Shown: positions 49,247 to 59,686 of the stretch, piece after piece | Position numbering within the stretch: position 1 is the stretch's first letter | How the letters are laid out: each line of letters opens with the position of its first letter | Assembly: GCF_028368995.1 (NCBI RefSeq) | Contig: NZ_JAQNDL010000001.1 | Span: 1,792,001-1,856,000, forward strand | Direction: 5' to 3' | Source of the DNA: Nannocystis bainbridge | Lineage (GTDB): Bacteria; Myxococcota_A; Polyangia; Nannocystales; Nannocystaceae | Length of the DNA stretch: 64,000 nt | Program-made: the position numbers and the translations under genes | Notes under the pieces: generated by a model | What the model saw: only the letters and a program-made list of their open reading frames with translations | The model's database searches: none | What the model was told of the DNA's origin: nothing

Positions 49247-52200
49247 ATGCCACTATTTATTCCCTCGTCATGCCTCACGCTGCTCGCGCTGCTCGCTGCC
49301 ACGGATGCCACCGGCGCGAGACCCAACTTCGACGTGTGGGCGGCCCACCCCGAGGTGACGCCGACTCCTGTCTCTGGCGATTCCGCGGTCGCCCGCGCGC
49401 CCGGTACGCCCTCGTTGATGTGGATCCCTCGCGGCCAGCCGCAGCCGGCGTCGCGCTCTCCCGAGGCGGCTGCGCGCGCGCAGCTGGAGCGTCACCTCGA
49501 TGCGTATGGCGTCACGCCTGACGTGCTGGCCGGGGCACGGACCCTCTTCGTGCACGACACCGGGCGCGGCGGCATCATCGTCGCCCTGCGGCAGACCGTC
49601 GACGGCATCGACCTCCATCACGGCGACGTCAAGCTGCTGCTCGACCGTTCGCTGCGCCTCCTCGCCGTCTCCGGGTCACTGCACCCCGGTGCGCACCCGG
49701 GCGCCGCGCGACCGTTCGCGTCCGCTCCCGACGCCGCGATCGCGGCGGCCCTGCGCGACCTCCACGGCGTCGCCGTGCCGCTCGTCGAGATCGAGGGGCG
49801 ACATTCGTGGCGACGCTTCGCGGCGGCGAGCGGAGCGACGGCCGGCCAGGGCCTGCGGCTGGTCGCGCCGGCGCGGGCGCGGCCGGTCTACTTCCCGACC
49901 GGCGAGGCGCTCGTCGCCGCCTACCTCGTCGAGCTGCAGACCCGGCTCGGGGCGAGCGACGAGGTGTTTCAATACGTCGTCGCCGCCGCCGACGGCCGGC
50001 TGTTGATGCGCCGCGACGGCACCGTGTATGCCCATCAGTATCGCGTGTACGCCGATCCCGCCGATCGGCGGCCGCTCGACGGTCCGCTCGCCGACTTCAA
50101 CCCCCACCCGACCGGCTTCCCCAACGTCCTCCCGGACGGCTACTCCGACGCCGCGCTCGTCACGGTCGAGGGCCTCAACACCAACCCCGAGGGCGTCTCC
50201 GATCCCTGGCTGCCCGCGAACGCCACCCAGACTGTCGGCAACAACGTCGACGCCTACACCGATCCCCTCGACACCGACCCGGTCGACAATCGTTTTCGTG
50301 CCACCGTCACCGCCCCCGGCGTGTTCGATCGCGCTTACGACTTCACGAAGGCGGCCACCACCAGCGGTGCGCAGATGATGGCCGCGCTGACGCACGCGTT
50401 TTACGTCACCAACTGGCAGCACGACTGGTGGTACGACTCGGGCCTGGTCGAGGCGACCGGCAACGCGCAGTCCGACAATTTCGGGCGCGGCGGCGAGGCT
50501 GACGACCCGATGCTGGTCGAGGTCCTGAACGGGTGGGAGATCGGCCTGCGCAACAACGCCAGCATGTTGATCACGCTCGACGGCGCCGCGCCGCGCCTGC
50601 GCCTGCGCCTGTTCGACGGGATCCGCAAGCTCAGCGACCTTTCGGTGGAATCGCTGGGTCTGGTGCTCGACGGCCAGATCGCCGAGTTCGGGCCCGCGGC
50701 CTACGACGTCACCGCGCCGCTGGTGCTCGCCAACGACGGCGCTGGCGCGGACCTCAACGACGCTTGTGAACCGCTGAACAGCGACGTGAAGGGCAAGATC
50801 GTGCTGCTCGACCGGGGCGAGTGCATCTTCGAGGCCCAGGCCCGGAACGCCCTCAACGCCGGCGCGGTGGGGGTGCTGATCGCCGACGACGTCGCAGCCG
50901 ACGAGCCGGTCGTGCCGCTCGACGACCTCACGGTCCTCAACCCCAACATCCCGACCCTCGGCCTCACCCTCGCCGAGGGCGACATCCTCAAGGCCGCGCT
51001 CGAAGGCCCCGAGTTCACCGTGCACATGGCCGCGGAGGAGGGCCCGACCCGCGACGCGGCCCTCGATTCGCTGCTGATCGCGCACGAGTTCGGCCACTTC
51101 GTGCACAACCGCCTCGGCGACGCGAGCGGCCAGACCTACCTCGCCGCGGGCGAGGGGTGGTCCGACTTCCTCGCCATGCTGATGAGCGTGCGCGAGGGCG
51201 ACGATCTGCACGGCGTGCTCAACTGGTCGCCCTGGGCCTCGATCGACCCGACCCAGTTCTTCAACTCGCGCCAGTACGCCTATTCGACCGACTTCGCCGT
51301 CAATCCGCTGACCTTCCGCCACATCGGCGACGACGTGCAGCTGCCCGAGGGCCCGCTGTTCAGCCCGAACGGCTTGCTCAACAGCCAGCAGCACAACGCG
51401 GGGCAGGTGTGGGCGGAGATGCTGTGGGACAGCTACGTCGCGCTGCAGGAGCTACACGCCGACGACCTCGGGTTCGAGGCCGTCCGGCGCAGGATGTCGG
51501 ACTACGTCGTCGCCGGCATGATGCTCGCGCCGTACGAGCCGACCATCACCGAGCGGCGCGACGCGTTGCTCATGGCGATCTCCGCCACCAGCGAGGACGA
51601 CATGCTCGCGGTCGCCGCGGCCTTCGCCGATCGCGGGGCGGGCACCTGCGCCGAGTCGCCGCCGCGGTGGTCGACGACCTTCGAGGGCGTGGTCGAGGAC
51701 TACGAGGTGCGCGGCCGCGGCGTGTTGCTCGGCGCCAGCTTCGACGACAGCGTCCTCTCGTGCGACGGGGACGGCATCCTCGACGACGGCGAGCGCGGTC
51801 GTGTCGCGTTCGAGGTCTACAATGGCGGCGTCGTGCCTCTCGCCGGCGCGACGGTCGAGATCGTCGATCCGCCGCCGGGCCTGGTGTTCCCCGACGGGCC
51901 CGTCGTGGCCCTGCCCCAGCTCGCGCCGCAGCAGACGAGCCCGCATACGATCGCCGTGGCGCTGGACCCCGGCATCACCGAGCCGACGCGCGTGGCGCTG
52001 CGCGTGCGACTGACGGCCCCCGGTGGTTGCGAGGGGCCGGTCGAGCAGGTCGTGCACGCGACGCTGAGCGCCGACGTCGCGCTCACCGGCGCGAGCGAGG
52101 ACGACGTCGAGGTCGCCGCCGTCTGGACCGCCACCGGCGACTTCGGCGCGTCGGTGTGGGCGCGCGAGTCCGGGCCCGACGGTCACGCGTGGCACGGCAA

Positions 52201-52912
52201 TGACCTCGGCACGCTGACCGACACCGCGCTCGTCTCGCCGGCCTTCACGGTCGCCGAGGACCAGGACTTCTCGCTCGCCTTCGACCACGCCTACTCCTTC
52301 GACGCCACGTTCGGCTACGCGTGGGACGGCGGCGTCATCGAGCTGTCCGACGACGACGGCGAGACCTGGAAAGACGTCGCCGAGATCATCGGCGGCGTCG
52401 GCTACAACGACACGATCATCAGCGCCGAAAACCCGCTCGTCGGTCGCGCCGCGTTCGCCCTGATGAGCCCGGGTCACCCGCAGCTGAACCCCGTCGTCCT
52501 CGATTTCGGCCAGGCGCTGGCCGGCCAGACGCTGCGCGTGCGCTTCCGGATCGGCACCGATACGGTGCTCGGCCAGGCTGGCTGGACGCTCGACAACTTC
52601 CGCTTCCAGGGGATCGTCGACAGTCCGTTCCCGCGCCTGGTCCCAGACGCCGGCGTCTGCCTGCCCGGTGAGGAGCCCACGACCAGCGACACCGGCGAGT
52701 CGACCGGCCCCGGCGAGCCGACCAGCGGCTCGGGCGAGCCGACCGGCGGGACCGGCGAGTCGACGGATACTTCGAACGAAGCCTCCGACTCCGGGGGCAT
52801 GAGCAGCGGTGCGGAGACCGGCTGCGGCTGCGTCGCCGATCCCCGCGGCGGCTGGCTGACCGGGCTGGCGCTGCCGCTCCTGGCGCTGCGCCGCCGTCGC
52901 CGGGTCACGTAA
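49247..52912 (+). CDS. M36 (fungalysin) metallopeptidase with propeptide, PA domain and MYXO-CTERM anchor
   Basis: TVGNNVDAY, GNAQSDNFGRGG, PA domain (GKIVLLDRGEC), HEFGH, GEGWSDF; C-terminal GCGC..GLALPLLALRRRRR. Confidence 0.93.
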   Translation: MPLFIPSSCLTLLALLAATDATGARPNFDVWAAHPEVTPTPVSGDSAVARAPGTPSLMWIPRGQPQPASRSPEAAARAQLERHLDAYGVTPDVLAGARTLFVHDTGRGGIIVALRQTVDGIDLHHGDVKLLLDRSLRLLAVSGSLHPGAHPGAARPFASAPDAAIAAALRDLHGVAVPLVEIEGRHSWRRFAAASGATAGQGLRLVAPARARPVYFPTGEALVAAYLVELQTRLGASDEVFQYVVAAADGRLLMRRDGTVYAHQYRVYADPADRRPLDGPLADFNPHPTGFPNVLPDGYSDAALVTVEGLNTNPEGVSDPWLPANATQTVGNNVDAYTDPLDTDPVDNRFRATVTAPGVFDRAYDFTKAATTSGAQMMAALTHAFYVTNWQHDWWYDSGLVEATGNAQSDNFGRGGEADDPMLVEVLNGWEIGLRNNASMLITLDGAAPRLRLRLFDGIRKLSDLSVESLGLVLDGQIAEFGPAAYDVTAPLVLANDGAGADLNDACEPLNSDVKGKIVLLDRGECIFEAQARNALNAGAVGVLIADDVAADEPVVPLDDLTVLNPNIPTLGLTLAEGDILKAALEGPEFTVHMAAEEGPTRDAALDSLLIAHEFGHFVHNRLGDASGQTYLAAGEGWSDFLAMLMSVREGDDLHGVLNWSPWASIDPTQFFNSRQYAYSTDFAVNPLTFRHIGDDVQLPEGPLFSPNGLLNSQQHNAGQVWAEMLWDSYVALQELHADDLGFEAVRRRMSDYVVAGMMLAPYEPTITERRDALLMAISATSEDDMLAVAAAFADRGAGTCAESPPRWSTTFEGVVEDYEVRGRGVLLGASFDDSVLSCDGDGILDDGERGRVAFEVYNGGVVPLAGATVEIVDPPPGLVFPDGPVVALPQLAPQQTSPHTIAVALDPGITEPTRVALRVRLTAPGGCEGPVEQVVHATLSADVALTGASEDDVEVAAVWTATGDFGASVWARESGPDGHAWHGNDLGTLTDTALVSPAFTVAEDQDFSLAFDHAYSFDATFGYAWDGGVIELSDDDGETWKDVAEIIGGVGYNDTIISAENPLVGRAAFALMSPGHPQLNPVVLDFGQALAGQTLRVRFRIGTDTVLGQAGWTLDNFRFQGIVDSPFPRLVPDAGVCLPGEEPTTSDTGESTGPGEPTSGSGEPTGGTGESTDTSNEASDSGGMSSGAETGCGCVADPRGGWLTGLALPLLALRRRRRVT

Positions 52913-52973
52913 ATCCGGGCGCGGCGACAATGTGCATACCGCGGCGACTCGGCGCCGCGGTCCATGGCAACCG

Positions 52974-53642
52974 TCACGGGCCCGGAGCAAGGGCGGGCGA
53001 TCGCCTCCCGTCGAGCGGTGGGACTGCGGCGTCGTCGCGGGCGCACAGCCGTGACAGCGCCGCCGCCAGCGCTGGCGCGCTCACGTCGACCACCTCGCGC
53101 AGCACGCCGCTGGTAGCCCCTGCCATGCCGCGCGGGCTACGCTCCTCCAGCGGGCGCATCAAATCGTATTCGTGGGACCACAACCGCTCGTGGGTCCGGC
53201 TGTCCAGCAGCTCGAGCGCGAGCCGCAGGTGGGCGGCCCACCGCGTCCTGGTGAGGTCGACCTCCTCGAGCGCCAGCACGCGCCCCTGCAAGACCGCGTC
53301 GATCGACGCGTCGTACTCCCGCTCCACCCGCACGAACCAACCGCTCGTGGCATACCCGTCGCGCAGCGCGTCGCTCACCAGGATCCCGGGCGACACGACC
53401 CACTCATGGTATTCGTAGCGCTGGAGCTGATACTCGGACTCGCGATAGATCATGCGCACGTCGTCGTACGCCCCGGCCACCTGCATGTCTCTCACCAGCA
53501 GACTCGCGCACGCCTGCGGCTCGCTATCCGGGGGCAACATGCCGGGCCCGGCGGGCAGCTCCACGCGGTAGAGATGCGTGTTCGGAGCCATGGGCGCACA
53601 CGCGAAGATGGCGGCGGCCACGGCCGCTCGAAGGCGCTTCAT
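52974..53642 (-). CDS. ABC-type transport auxiliary lipoprotein (PqiC-like)
   Basis: AIFAC lipobox; RMIYRES..YEYHEWVVSP; ATGA overlap with the MCE gene. Confidence 0.82.
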   Translation of the reverse strand: MKRLRAAVAAAIFACAPMAPNTHLYRVELPAGPGMLPPDSEPQACASLLVRDMQVAGAYDDVRMIYRESEYQLQRYEYHEWVVSPGILVSDALRDGYATSGWFVRVEREYDASIDAVLQGRVLALEEVDLTRTRWAAHLRLALELLDSRTHERLWSHEYDLMRPLEERSPRGMAGATSGVLREVVDVSAPALAAALSRLCARDDAAVPPLDGRRSPALAPGP

Positions 53643-54562
53643 CGCAGCTCGCGCTCCCTGGGCGGCTTCGAGTGGAGCAGCAAGCTCGGCCGCGCCCGCA
53701 ACGCCCGCACGAGAGCCCGGGCGTCCTGCGACACTCCGCGGATGTTGCCGATCGCCGCGCGCACGTCGTCTTCGTTCGCGTTCAGGATCGACCCCGCCAC
53801 GACGAGCAGGCGCGAGAGCTCGAGGGACGCGCTGTCGGCGTGCTCCAGCGCTGTCGAGGCCCGCTGCGCGAAGGATTCGCCGGCGTGGGCCAGATCGCCG
53901 AAGTAGGCGCGCCCCTGGCTCAACAGCTGCCCGATCTGCTCGCTGGCCGAATCGAGCCGCTTCGCCGCGCGCGCGCCGTGCATGAGGAGCGCCGCCATGT
54001 GCCGTGGGTCGACGGCGTCGACGACCGCGGCGACCCGATCGGGATCGACCGCCGCGATCACCTTCTGCGCGTCCCGGACGGCCTGCCGCGCCTCCGCGAC
54101 CAGCGTCTTCACCTCGTCGCCGAGCCCGCTCGCGTGCGCCTCGAGGGCCTCGAGCGTCGTCTCCCCGCGAGGGATGGTGCTCCCGGGAGCCAGCCGGCCA
54201 CCGGCGAGCGTGCCTCCCGTGATGTCGATGGCGCGCTGGCCGGTCACTCCGACCCGTTGAAAGTAGGCCTTCGACGCCGCGGGGATCTCGATGCCGGGCT
54301 CGATCTTCAGATCGATCCGCACGCGGCCGAAATCGCTGCGATCGAGGGTGATGGCGGCCACCTTGCCGATCTCGACCCCGCGCATCGTGACGGCGGACTC
54401 GCGATCGATGCCCAGGGCCCCGCCGCTCGTGACGATGTGATACGCGGCGGTCGCTCGCCCCAGGCGCAGCCCGCCCACCAGCACGAGCGCCAGCACCATG
54501 ACCGTGACGACGCTGACCACGAAGATCCCGAGCTTCACGGCTTGAGTGCGGCTGCGGGTCAT
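53639..54562 (-). CDS. MlaD/MCE family protein
   Basis: N-terminal TM KLGIFVV; GIDRESAVTMRGVEIGKV; GVTGQRAIDI; helical tail ending PSLLL. Confidence 0.9.
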   Translation of the reverse strand: MTRSRTQAVKLGIFVVSVVTVMVLALVLVGGLRLGRATAAYHIVTSGGALGIDRESAVTMRGVEIGKVAAITLDRSDFGRVRIDLKIEPGIEIPAASKAYFQRVGVTGQRAIDITGGTLAGGRLAPGSTIPRGETTLEALEAHASGLGDEVKTLVAEARQAVRDAQKVIAAVDPDRVAAVVDAVDPRHMAALLMHGARAAKRLDSASEQIGQLLSQGRAYFGDLAHAGESFAQRASTALEHADSASLELSRLLVVAGSILNANEDDVRAAIGNIRGVSQDARALVRALRARPSLLLHSKPPRERELR

Positions 54563-55329
54563 GCTCGCTTCGACTCCTGAGACTCCCGGGTCGGCTCGCC
54601 GTGAAACAGCGCCTGCACGTCGAGGTCCTCGCTGCGCTCCAGCGTCGCAGGCGTACCGACGGCGCAGATGCCCCCGGCAGCGAGCACGACCGTGCGGTCC
54701 GAGAGCGTCCTGACCATCTCCATGTCGTGGGTGACGAGGATGACGGTGGAGCCCTGGTCGTCGCGCAAGCGCGTGAACTCGCGGCCCAGGACCGCGGCGT
54801 TGATCGGGTCGAGGCTGGAGGTCGGCTCGTCGCAAAAGACGAGCTCGGGGGCGAGCACGTTGGCGCGCGCCAGCGCGACGCGTTTGGCCTGGCCGCCCGA
54901 GATCTCTTGCGGCATGCGTTCGGCCAGATCGGCCACACCGAGCCTCGCGAGCTCGATGAGCGCCAGCTCCTGGATCACCGCGTCGGGCAGATCGGTGAGC
55001 TTGCGACCCGGGAACATGACGTTGTCGAGGACCGACATCGAGCTGAACAGCGCGTCGCTCTGGAACAGCACGCCCACGCGCGACAGCAGGCGCCCCCGCG
55101 AGCGCGGGCGCGTCGCGTAGAGGTCCTGGCCGAACAGGCACACCGCGCCCGCGGCCGGCTCGAGCAGCCCCACCATGGCGCGCAGCAGCGTCGACTTGCC
55201 GCTGCCCGAGCCGCCGATGACGCTGACGATCTCGCCCGTGTCGATGCGCAGGTCGACCCCTGTCAAGATCGGCAGCTCGCCGTATCCGACGACCACGTCC
55301 CGCAGCTCCACGAGCGCCGCCGAGCTCAT
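54559..55329 (-). CDS. ABC ATP-binding protein (MlaF/Ttg2A-like)
   Basis: GGSGSGKST, GVLFQSDALF, ISGGQAKRVALARA, CDEPTSSLDP, VTHD. Confidence 0.92.
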   Translation of the reverse strand: MSSAALVELRDVVVGYGELPILTGVDLRIDTGEIVSVIGGSGSGKSTLLRAMVGLLEPAAGAVCLFGQDLYATRPRSRGRLLSRVGVLFQSDALFSSMSVLDNVMFPGRKLTDLPDAVIQELALIELARLGVADLAERMPQEISGGQAKRVALARANVLAPELVFCDEPTSSLDPINAAVLGREFTRLRDDQGSTVILVTHDMEMVRTLSDRTVVLAAGGICAVGTPATLERSEDLDVQALFHGEPTRESQESKRA

Positions 55330-56375
55330 TGCGCCATCGTCCATAGCGTGGTCACGATGCTGTCGACGATCATGACGAAGAGGATGCTGGCGACCGCGGC
55401 GCGCGTGGCCGCGATGCCGATGCTGAGCGCTCCGTACCCGCTGTGGAGCCCGGTGAAGGCGCTGGCGAGCCCGATCACCCACCCGAACAGCACGGACTTG
55501 ACCGTGCCGAGCCACAGGTCGCCGAGCGTCATCTCTCGCAGCATCGTCTCGAACGCCGCCATCCAGTGCGGGTCGAGCCACACCGTCACCAGCAAGCCGC
55601 CGAGGATGCCGCTGGCGGTCGCTATCAGCGAGAGCGCCGGGGTGACGAGCGTGATGGCGAACAGGCGCGGGACCACCAGGTGCCGCACCGGCGAGATGCC
55701 CATGACGCGCAGCACGTCGTTCTCCTGGCGCATCTCCATCGTCGACAGCTGCGCGGCGATGGCCGGGGCCGTGCGACTGGCCAGCAGGATCGCCACGATG
55801 AACGGCGCGAACCCGCGGGCCATGCCGATGCCGACGAACTCCAGCACGACCGACTCGGTGCCGTAGTAATGCATCTGCACCCAGGTCTGGAAGTCGAGCA
55901 CCAGACCCAGCAAAAAGCTCATCGTCGCGGCGATGGGCAGCGCGTCGGCCCCCATGAGCTCGAGCTGCTCCACGACATCGCGCCAGGCGAAGGTGCGGCG
56001 CCCCACCACGGCCCCGGCGGCGCCCTGCATCGCCTCGATGACCATGTCGGCCAGCGTCAACAGGCCGCTCCACCAAGCGAAGCACGATCGGCCCAGGCTC
56101 TCGAGCACGCCCGGCTCCGGCGGGTGTTTTGGGGGGTCAGGCTCCGGCGTTTCGGCGAGCACGCGCATGACCTCGGGCGTGGCGCCGTGCAGCTCGACGG
56201 CGACGCCCGAGCGCCTCAGCCGGCGCGTGACGGCGCGCAGCGTGGCGACGCCCGTGCTGTCGATCTGGCGCAGCGCGGACAGATCGAGCCGGAGGACGGC
56301 GGGTCGGGTCCGGGCGTGAATCTCGAGCTCATGCAGCAGCGAGCGCGGCCGTATCGCGTCGAGGCGCACGTCCAT
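55326..56375 (-). CDS. MlaE-family permease with N-terminal STAS domain
   Basis: STAS LDLSALRQIDSTGV; MlaE-like ..AAQLSTM..DVLRVMGISPVRHLVVPR..KSVLFG..SIGIAATRAAV. Confidence 0.9.
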   Translation of the reverse strand: MDVRLDAIRPRSLLHELEIHARTRPAVLRLDLSALRQIDSTGVATLRAVTRRLRRSGVAVELHGATPEVMRVLAETPEPDPPKHPPEPGVLESLGRSCFAWWSGLLTLADMVIEAMQGAAGAVVGRRTFAWRDVVEQLELMGADALPIAATMSFLLGLVLDFQTWVQMHYYGTESVVLEFVGIGMARGFAPFIVAILLASRTAPAIAAQLSTMEMRQENDVLRVMGISPVRHLVVPRLFAITLVTPALSLIATASGILGGLLVTVWLDPHWMAAFETMLREMTLGDLWLGTVKSVLFGWVIGLASAFTGLHSGYGALSIGIAATRAAVASILFVMIVDSIVTTLWTMAQ

Positions 56376-56631
56376 GGCCGGCAGTCTGACAAAGAGGCCA
56401 GCCCCGACCAGCGGCCGACCAGGAGAACACCCGCTGGCTCCCCATGCGGGCGACCCGCGACGCGCCGCTCCCGCCCTGCACCGCCCCACGTTCGCGGCCA
56501 CCGCCAGATCGCCGCCCGCCTCCGTCGAGCTCGGCGGGGACTGGCAGGCGCGGCGGTCATGCGCCTCGCTCGGGCCCGGCGCGGGGGCATCGCTCGCTCG
56601 ATTGCAGCGAGCACCCGAACGCGTGCGACCC

Positions 56632-58011
56632 TCACGGGCAGTCGAGGTCGACCTGCGCGCTCCCTGACGAAAGCAGTCCCTCGCAGGCCGCCCCGCACAG
56701 CCGGACGCGTGAATTGTTGCCGCTGCTGTACACCCAGCCGTCGCCGGTCGAACAATCAAGGTTCGGCGAATACGCGTAGTTCATGCCGTCGACCGTCACG
56801 CGGGTCACGGTCGGGTCGGCCGGCGTTTCGTTGAGGGTGAGTTCGCAGCCGAGGGTCACGTAAACCGCCTCGTCGAGATACGCGCCGAGCTCGCTCTCGT
56901 TGGTGGCGTCATAGAACTTGGCCCCGCCGGTCCGCGGGCGCCCGCCCGCTACGGCGAGCTTGTTGAACTCTTCCACCGGGTTGGTGTTGTCCGGGTTGCC
57001 GTCCTTCATGGCCGAACTGTAGGAGTCGGGCAGGTTGACGCCGACGACGGCCGTCGGGATCTGGTCGTTCGACCAGGCGGCGCCGACGATCCCGTGGGCG
57101 CTGGTGTCGAGGGTCTCGAACAGCCCGTCGGTGTTTGGCGCGCTGTCGGAACAATTCGGCGAGCCGTCGCCGATGAGCACCATCGCCCGCGCTTCGTTCG
57201 CCGGCGCCGAATCGAGGGAGGAGAGCGCCCCGTCGAGGCCGCGAGCCATCGGCGTCGCGCCCTTGAGCATCGCGTTCGCCGCTGGCAACGCGGCGCCGAT
57301 CGCCCCCGCGCTACCCAGCGCCGGGGCGACCTCGGGCTTGGTATTGGTGACGCAAGCCGCAGCGCTGTAGTCGCTCGCCGCGGCGCTCGACGGGAACATC
57401 ATCAGGCCGAGCTTGTGCTGCGCCTGATACTTGCCGACCACCGCGGTCAAGGTCTTGTGAAGGCTGCTCCACTTGCTGACCGCGGGGGTCCCGGGGTTGC
57501 CGTCGTGATCCCAGGTGCCGACCGAGAACGAGCCGCTGCGGTCGAGCACGAAGATCAGGTTGGTCGTCGGCGCGTCCAGTTGGAGGTTCTTGCAGGTGAC
57601 CGGCTCGTCGGTGGTCATCGGCGGATCGGTGGTCGGATCGCTGTCCGACGTCGGCCCCGGGCCGCCCGTGACGGTCGGATCGCTCGACGGTCCGCTGGTC
57701 GGATCGCCGCCCGGCCCGCCGCCCGGCCCCGCGCTCGTGTCGCTGGCCGAGCCGTCGGTCGAGCCGTCGGTCGAGCCGTCGGTCGGGTCGCCGCCCGGAT
57801 CGCCGCTCGGGTCGCCCCCGGACCCGCCGCCGGGGCTCATGCAAAGGTTGTCGCCCTGGCAGACGAGCCCGGCGAAGCATTGCCCCTGAATGCACGCCCC
57901 GCTGACGTACCCCGGATCGACGCCCGCGGAGTCCAGCGGGTTGCTGTCATTGTTGCAAGCGAGGGCGAGCAGCGAGATTGACGAGAGGAGACGTATCGAC
58001 ACGGTGGACAT
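56632..58011 (-). CDS. vWA-domain lipoprotein (CglB-like architecture)
   Basis: LALAC lipobox; Cys motif; S/G/P linker; MIDAS FVLDRSGS, GATP, IGDGSPNC; C-terminal RLCGAAC. Confidence 0.85.
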   Translation of the reverse strand: MSTVSIRLLSSISLLALACNNDSNPLDSAGVDPGYVSGACIQGQCFAGLVCQGDNLCMSPGGGSGGDPSGDPGGDPTDGSTDGSTDGSASDTSAGPGGGPGGDPTSGPSSDPTVTGGPGPTSDSDPTTDPPMTTDEPVTCKNLQLDAPTTNLIFVLDRSGSFSVGTWDHDGNPGTPAVSKWSSLHKTLTAVVGKYQAQHKLGLMMFPSSAAASDYSAAACVTNTKPEVAPALGSAGAIGAALPAANAMLKGATPMARGLDGALSSLDSAPANEARAMVLIGDGSPNCSDSAPNTDGLFETLDTSAHGIVGAAWSNDQIPTAVVGVNLPDSYSSAMKDGNPDNTNPVEEFNKLAVAGGRPRTGGAKFYDATNESELGAYLDEAVYVTLGCELTLNETPADPTVTRVTVDGMNYAYSPNLDCSTGDGWVYSSGNNSRVRLCGAACEGLLSSGSAQVDLDCP

Positions 58012-58568
58012 GATTCGGCGGATCGCGGCCGGCACGGGCTGATCGTGGAGCAATGTTTAGACGCGACGGCCGGTCGGCCGGGTTCGCCGCCGCGTGGTTC
58101 GATCAATCGTGTATCACAGGCCCGGCCCGGGCGGCGGTCGATCGGCGCGCAGCCGGACGCCCGGCGGCATGGTGGCAAACACGTAGCCGACGTCCTCGAT
58201 GCAAACCGCCCGGCCCCGGATCGTCCACAGGGACCGGGCGCCGGGCGGGAGCGTGCGACACATCGCGCAGGTCATGCGCGAGGCAGCGCCGGTGCCACCG
58301 CGGCCCCGGCAGCGGGCGCACCTCCTGCGACATCGCTGCGGACGCGCCGGGCCTGCTCGGGTTGGCGACGATCGAGGACGACGAGCCCGGGCCGAGACAG
58401 GGCCCGGGCGCGCGTCCGCGCGGCAGCGGCCCGCTTCCGTGGCAGCGGCTGGCCATCTGCGGCCAGCCCCGGGCGAGGGGTTCACTACGCTCATTCATGG
58501 CGACCGGCCGGCCGACGCCCTGCGCTCATTCGGCCGGTCCTCCCATTTTTCTGCCCGGAGTCGATCCC

Positions 58569-58706
58569 ATGCCCAACGTCCTCGCATTCACCCAATCATC
58601 GCACAATCTCACCGCGCCCGTCACCGGCGGGCTGGCGATCCTCGCCATCGCCACCGACATCACCGAGGCGATCTACGTCAACGTCCACGAGGCCGAGAGC
58701 AACTAG
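58569..58706 (+). CDS. 45-aa small ORF or truncated gene
   Basis: GGAG RBS 8 nt upstream; MPNVLAFTQSSHNLTAPVTGGLAILAIATDITEAIYVNVHEAESN; GC3-rich codons. Confidence 0.45.
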   Translation: MPNVLAFTQSSHNLTAPVTGGLAILAIATDITEAIYVNVHEAESN

Positions 58707-58760
58707 TGCCCGCGTCCGGTGAGTGACAGTGCGATCGCCGCGGCCCTGCCCCGCCTCGCG

Positions 58761-59585
58761 TCACGTGGCGCCGGCGGCGATGGCGTCCTGGAGGCGCGGG
58801 TACTCCGGGCGGAAGCCGAGGTCCTCGCGGATCCGGCTGACGTCGACCACGATCTCGAACCCGCGCCCAGCCTCGGCGGCGGAGCCGTCGGGCGGCGGCG
58901 CACCGACCGAGGCGAACAGCGCCGCCAGATCGGGCGCCTCGTCATCGGCGACGTTGTAGATGCGGTGCGACGGCGACGCCGCGTCGAGCACGCGCGCGAC
59001 CGCCTGCGCGACGTCGGCGTGGTGAGCGATCGACATGCGCTGCGTCGGCAGGAAGCCGCGCATCATCGGGACCACCTCCGCGATGTGCGGATCGCCGTCG
59101 CCGTAGACGAAGGGGAGCCGGAGCACGCGCACGTCGAGGCCGTCGATCGCGAACAGGGCCCGCTCGGCGGCGAGCTTGCTGGCCGGGTATCCCGGGGCCG
59201 GCGTGCATGGATCGCCCTCGCTCGCGGCGCGCCCGCCATTCGCGCCGTACACCAGCCCGGTGCTCGTGAACACGAAGCGCTGGACCGCCGCGGCGCGGGC
59301 CGCGAGCGCGAGGTGCTGCGTGCCGCCGTCGTTGACGGCGTGCGCCTGCTCCGGCGTCGCGCCGCGGAAGAACGCGGCGCAGTGGACGACCGCGTCGACG
59401 CCCCGCACGGCGGCCACGAGCGAGGCGGCGTCGAGCAGGTCGCCGCGCACGAGCTCCACATTGCGCAGGCCATCGGCGCGGCTCGGATCGCGCACGAGGG
59501 CGCGCACTTGATGACCGCGGTCGGCGAGGCGACGCGCGAGACGGCTTCCGACCTTTCCGGTCGCTCCGGTGACGAGGATCTTCAT
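58761..59585 (-). CDS. NAD-dependent epimerase/dehydratase family protein
   Basis: MKILVTGATGKVG, YPASK, LRLPFVYGDG. Confidence 0.9.
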   Translation of the reverse strand: MKILVTGATGKVGSRLARRLADRGHQVRALVRDPSRADGLRNVELVRGDLLDAASLVAAVRGVDAVVHCAAFFRGATPEQAHAVNDGGTQHLALAARAAAVQRFVFTSTGLVYGANGGRAASEGDPCTPAPGYPASKLAAERALFAIDGLDVRVLRLPFVYGDGDPHIAEVVPMMRGFLPTQRMSIAHHADVAQAVARVLDAASPSHRIYNVADDEAPDLAALFASVGAPPPDGSAAEAGRGFEIVVDVSRIREDLGFRPEYPRLQDAIAAGAT

Positions 59586-59686
59586 GGCTCCGACCGTAGC
59601 GAGCCACGCGGCCGACGGATTGGAAAAACCGGACAACGTCGCGGCCCCGCTTGTGCGGGCGAGCGCGTGCCTTCATCCTGTTTGCC

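Noticed and set aside
58171-58250. c-di-GMP-I riboswitch-like GGCAAAC...GCAAA followed by a hairpin
   Set aside because: No GNRA loop, tetraloop receptor or 3' P1 strand; only a GC-rich hairpin (58206-58249). An Infernal scan would settle it
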